A DNA stretch of 8,312 nucleotides. It comes from Amoebidium appalachense (Eukaryota > Protista > Ichthyosporea). The position numbers and the translations under genes are program-made. The stretch lies in the NCBI GenBank assembly GCA_963693365.1, contig CAVNZM010000101.1:1-8312 (forward strand), given 5' to 3'. The notes under the pieces were generated by a model, which was not told the origin of the DNA, made no database searches, and saw nothing but the letters and a program-made list of their open reading frames with translations. Below are positions 6,871 to 8,312 of the stretch, piece after piece (the first letter of the stretch is position 1; every line of letters begins with the position of its first letter).

Positions 6871-7169
6871 AAGAATCAGAAAAGTAGAAAATGACAGCGC
6901 TGTGAACTGATATAAAAAAACCGTCATCAATAATTTATGTGAAGCCATTGCGCAAAATACGATCTTATGTTACGAGAATCAAGCATAAGAAAAACAGAAC
7001 CTTTTGGCGCTGTTAGCGAATATATCTCTAATCGTGTTTGGTTCACAGGTAAACTGTATAAAAAAGGTGAATATACGAAATAAAAATATAATATACAGGA
7101 CAAAACGAGCGCTAGTTTAAAACATCGAAGGATATACGCTTTCACAACATCTTATTCGCGGACCTTTTT

Positions 7170-7900
7170 ACGTGCAAGCGTTTGATTGGTGCATAGGGGT
7201 TGGTTCTTGCCCCACGTGATTCGCGGCGCTGATGCTCAGGGTATTCTGATTGACCGAAATCGAAGCATCGGATTCAAATTGGGCAAATACAAAACGCTTT
7301 CCAACCAAAATCCCAAGCGCATGGTTGTTTATTTATAGAACCTTATATGTCATAAAACATACAACCCTCTTTTAGGATTTCCCTTATTCCTTGCTCAGTC
7401 AAAACGCTCCAGGGTCGGTGCTGCTATCAGTCACTAAGTAATTTCATTGGCCAGTCATCACGTAAATGCGCCAGCCAACAAAACCAATCGGTGATTGGTG
7501 AATAATGGTTGGGTCAACGTGATCGGGCACTGGTACTCTAGGCAAGCGCTTATCGGCATTGGTACAATCTAGTTGGTCAATACACCGTGACTCAAGGCTG
7601 CAACGCTTTTCGAAGACCAGATTCACAGGACCCTTTCCAAACAAAATTCCAAGCAAATGTCTGTGTCCGCGTAAAGTATAAATAAACATAAATAAATTAT
7701 GCTTTTTTAATATTTATTGCCTATTAGAATAAATCACAATTGTTACTCGCAAAAGGGTCTTGGTTGGGCAGGCTGGCCTTGCTACCCAAACTGTTATTAG
7801 CCGATCTCACTGATTAGCTTATTATCACGTACGCGCCAATCAGTGATTCCATTGGCCAAACTGAACAAAACATTAATTGGCCAGTCATCAAAAACGTGAT
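7170..7900. promoter_or_regulatory. CCAAT/ACGT-rich putative regulatory region
   Basis: ATTGG/CCAAT at 7185, 7446, 7484, 7494, 7836, 7851 and 7876; ATTGGCCAGTCATCA repeated at 7446 and 7876; CCAATCRGTGATT at 7484 and 7836; several ACGTG/CACGT sites. Function is inferred. Confidence 0.35.
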
Positions 7901-8010
7901 TTTCTTGCTTGCTTCAAGCTTTGCGAAATGAGAATATATGTTCAACACTCTCTTTGCGCTCTATATACAACGGAGAAATTACAAGAGTCCATCTTGATTC
8001 CCGAACGAAC

Positions 8011-8278
8011 AAATATAACCAAGCGCACCACACCAGTTCGTGTTACTTTCGCCCGGCGCTGCTGTTGTACATGTTTCAAACATAACCAAGCGCGCCACAC
8101 CAATTCGTGTCACTTTCGCCCAGCGCTGCTGTTGTGCATGTTTCAAACGTAATCAGGCGCACCACATCAGTTCGTGTCACTTTCGCCCAGCTCTGCTGTT
8201 GTGCATGTTTCAAACATAATCAAGCGCACCACACCAGTTCGTGTCACTTTCGCCCGGCGCTGCTGTTGTACATGTTTC
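8011..8278. repeat. 67-bp tandem repeat, 4 copies
   Basis: Units start at 8011, 8078, 8145 and 8212 (aaacataaccaagcgcaccacaccagttcgtgtcactttcgcccggcgctgctgttgtacatgtttc), differing by scattered substitutions. Confidence 0.97.
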
Positions 8279-8312
8279 CATTGTAATTACAAATAGGCTA
8301 GATTGCCAAAAA

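Noticed and set aside
6927-8152. Short ORFs 6927..7145, 7444..7689 and 7877..8152
   Set aside because: Short, lacking motifs, partly in repeats or with non-ATG starts.

Overview
This is a eukaryotic-style window (nuclear DNA or a large eukaryotic DNA virus/endogenous viral element; the sequence cannot decide which), dominated by low-complexity and repeated DNA. There are no bacterial operon features, rRNA, cas genes or recognisable transposase. Two intronless minus-strand genes are credible. One (2684-3166) is a 160-aa protein with two C-x9/10-C-x6/9-C-x2-H zinc-finger-like motifs, the second resembling DUF5763. The other (5213-6537) is a ~440-aa Pro-repeat/coiled-coil/basic-acidic protein that appears only when three ORF-track pieces are joined by removing two single bases in C homopolymers. 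A small single-pass membrane ORF (3557-3745, +) is possible. The most unusual non-coding structure is a compact cassette: (TA)n, a degenerate tRNA-like Pol III unit with a T5 terminator, then a ~550-bp GC-rich foldback with an internal duplicated arm and a perfect 38-bp palindrome at its tip (1311-1979). The genes are separated by several distinct repeat arrays: 131 bp x3, a hairpin-core array with poly-G spacers x6, 45 bp x2, ~55 bp x3 and 67 bp x4. There are also many poly-G/poly-C tracts. Most ORF-track entries are artefacts of these repeats. Homopolymer lengths are probably unreliable.
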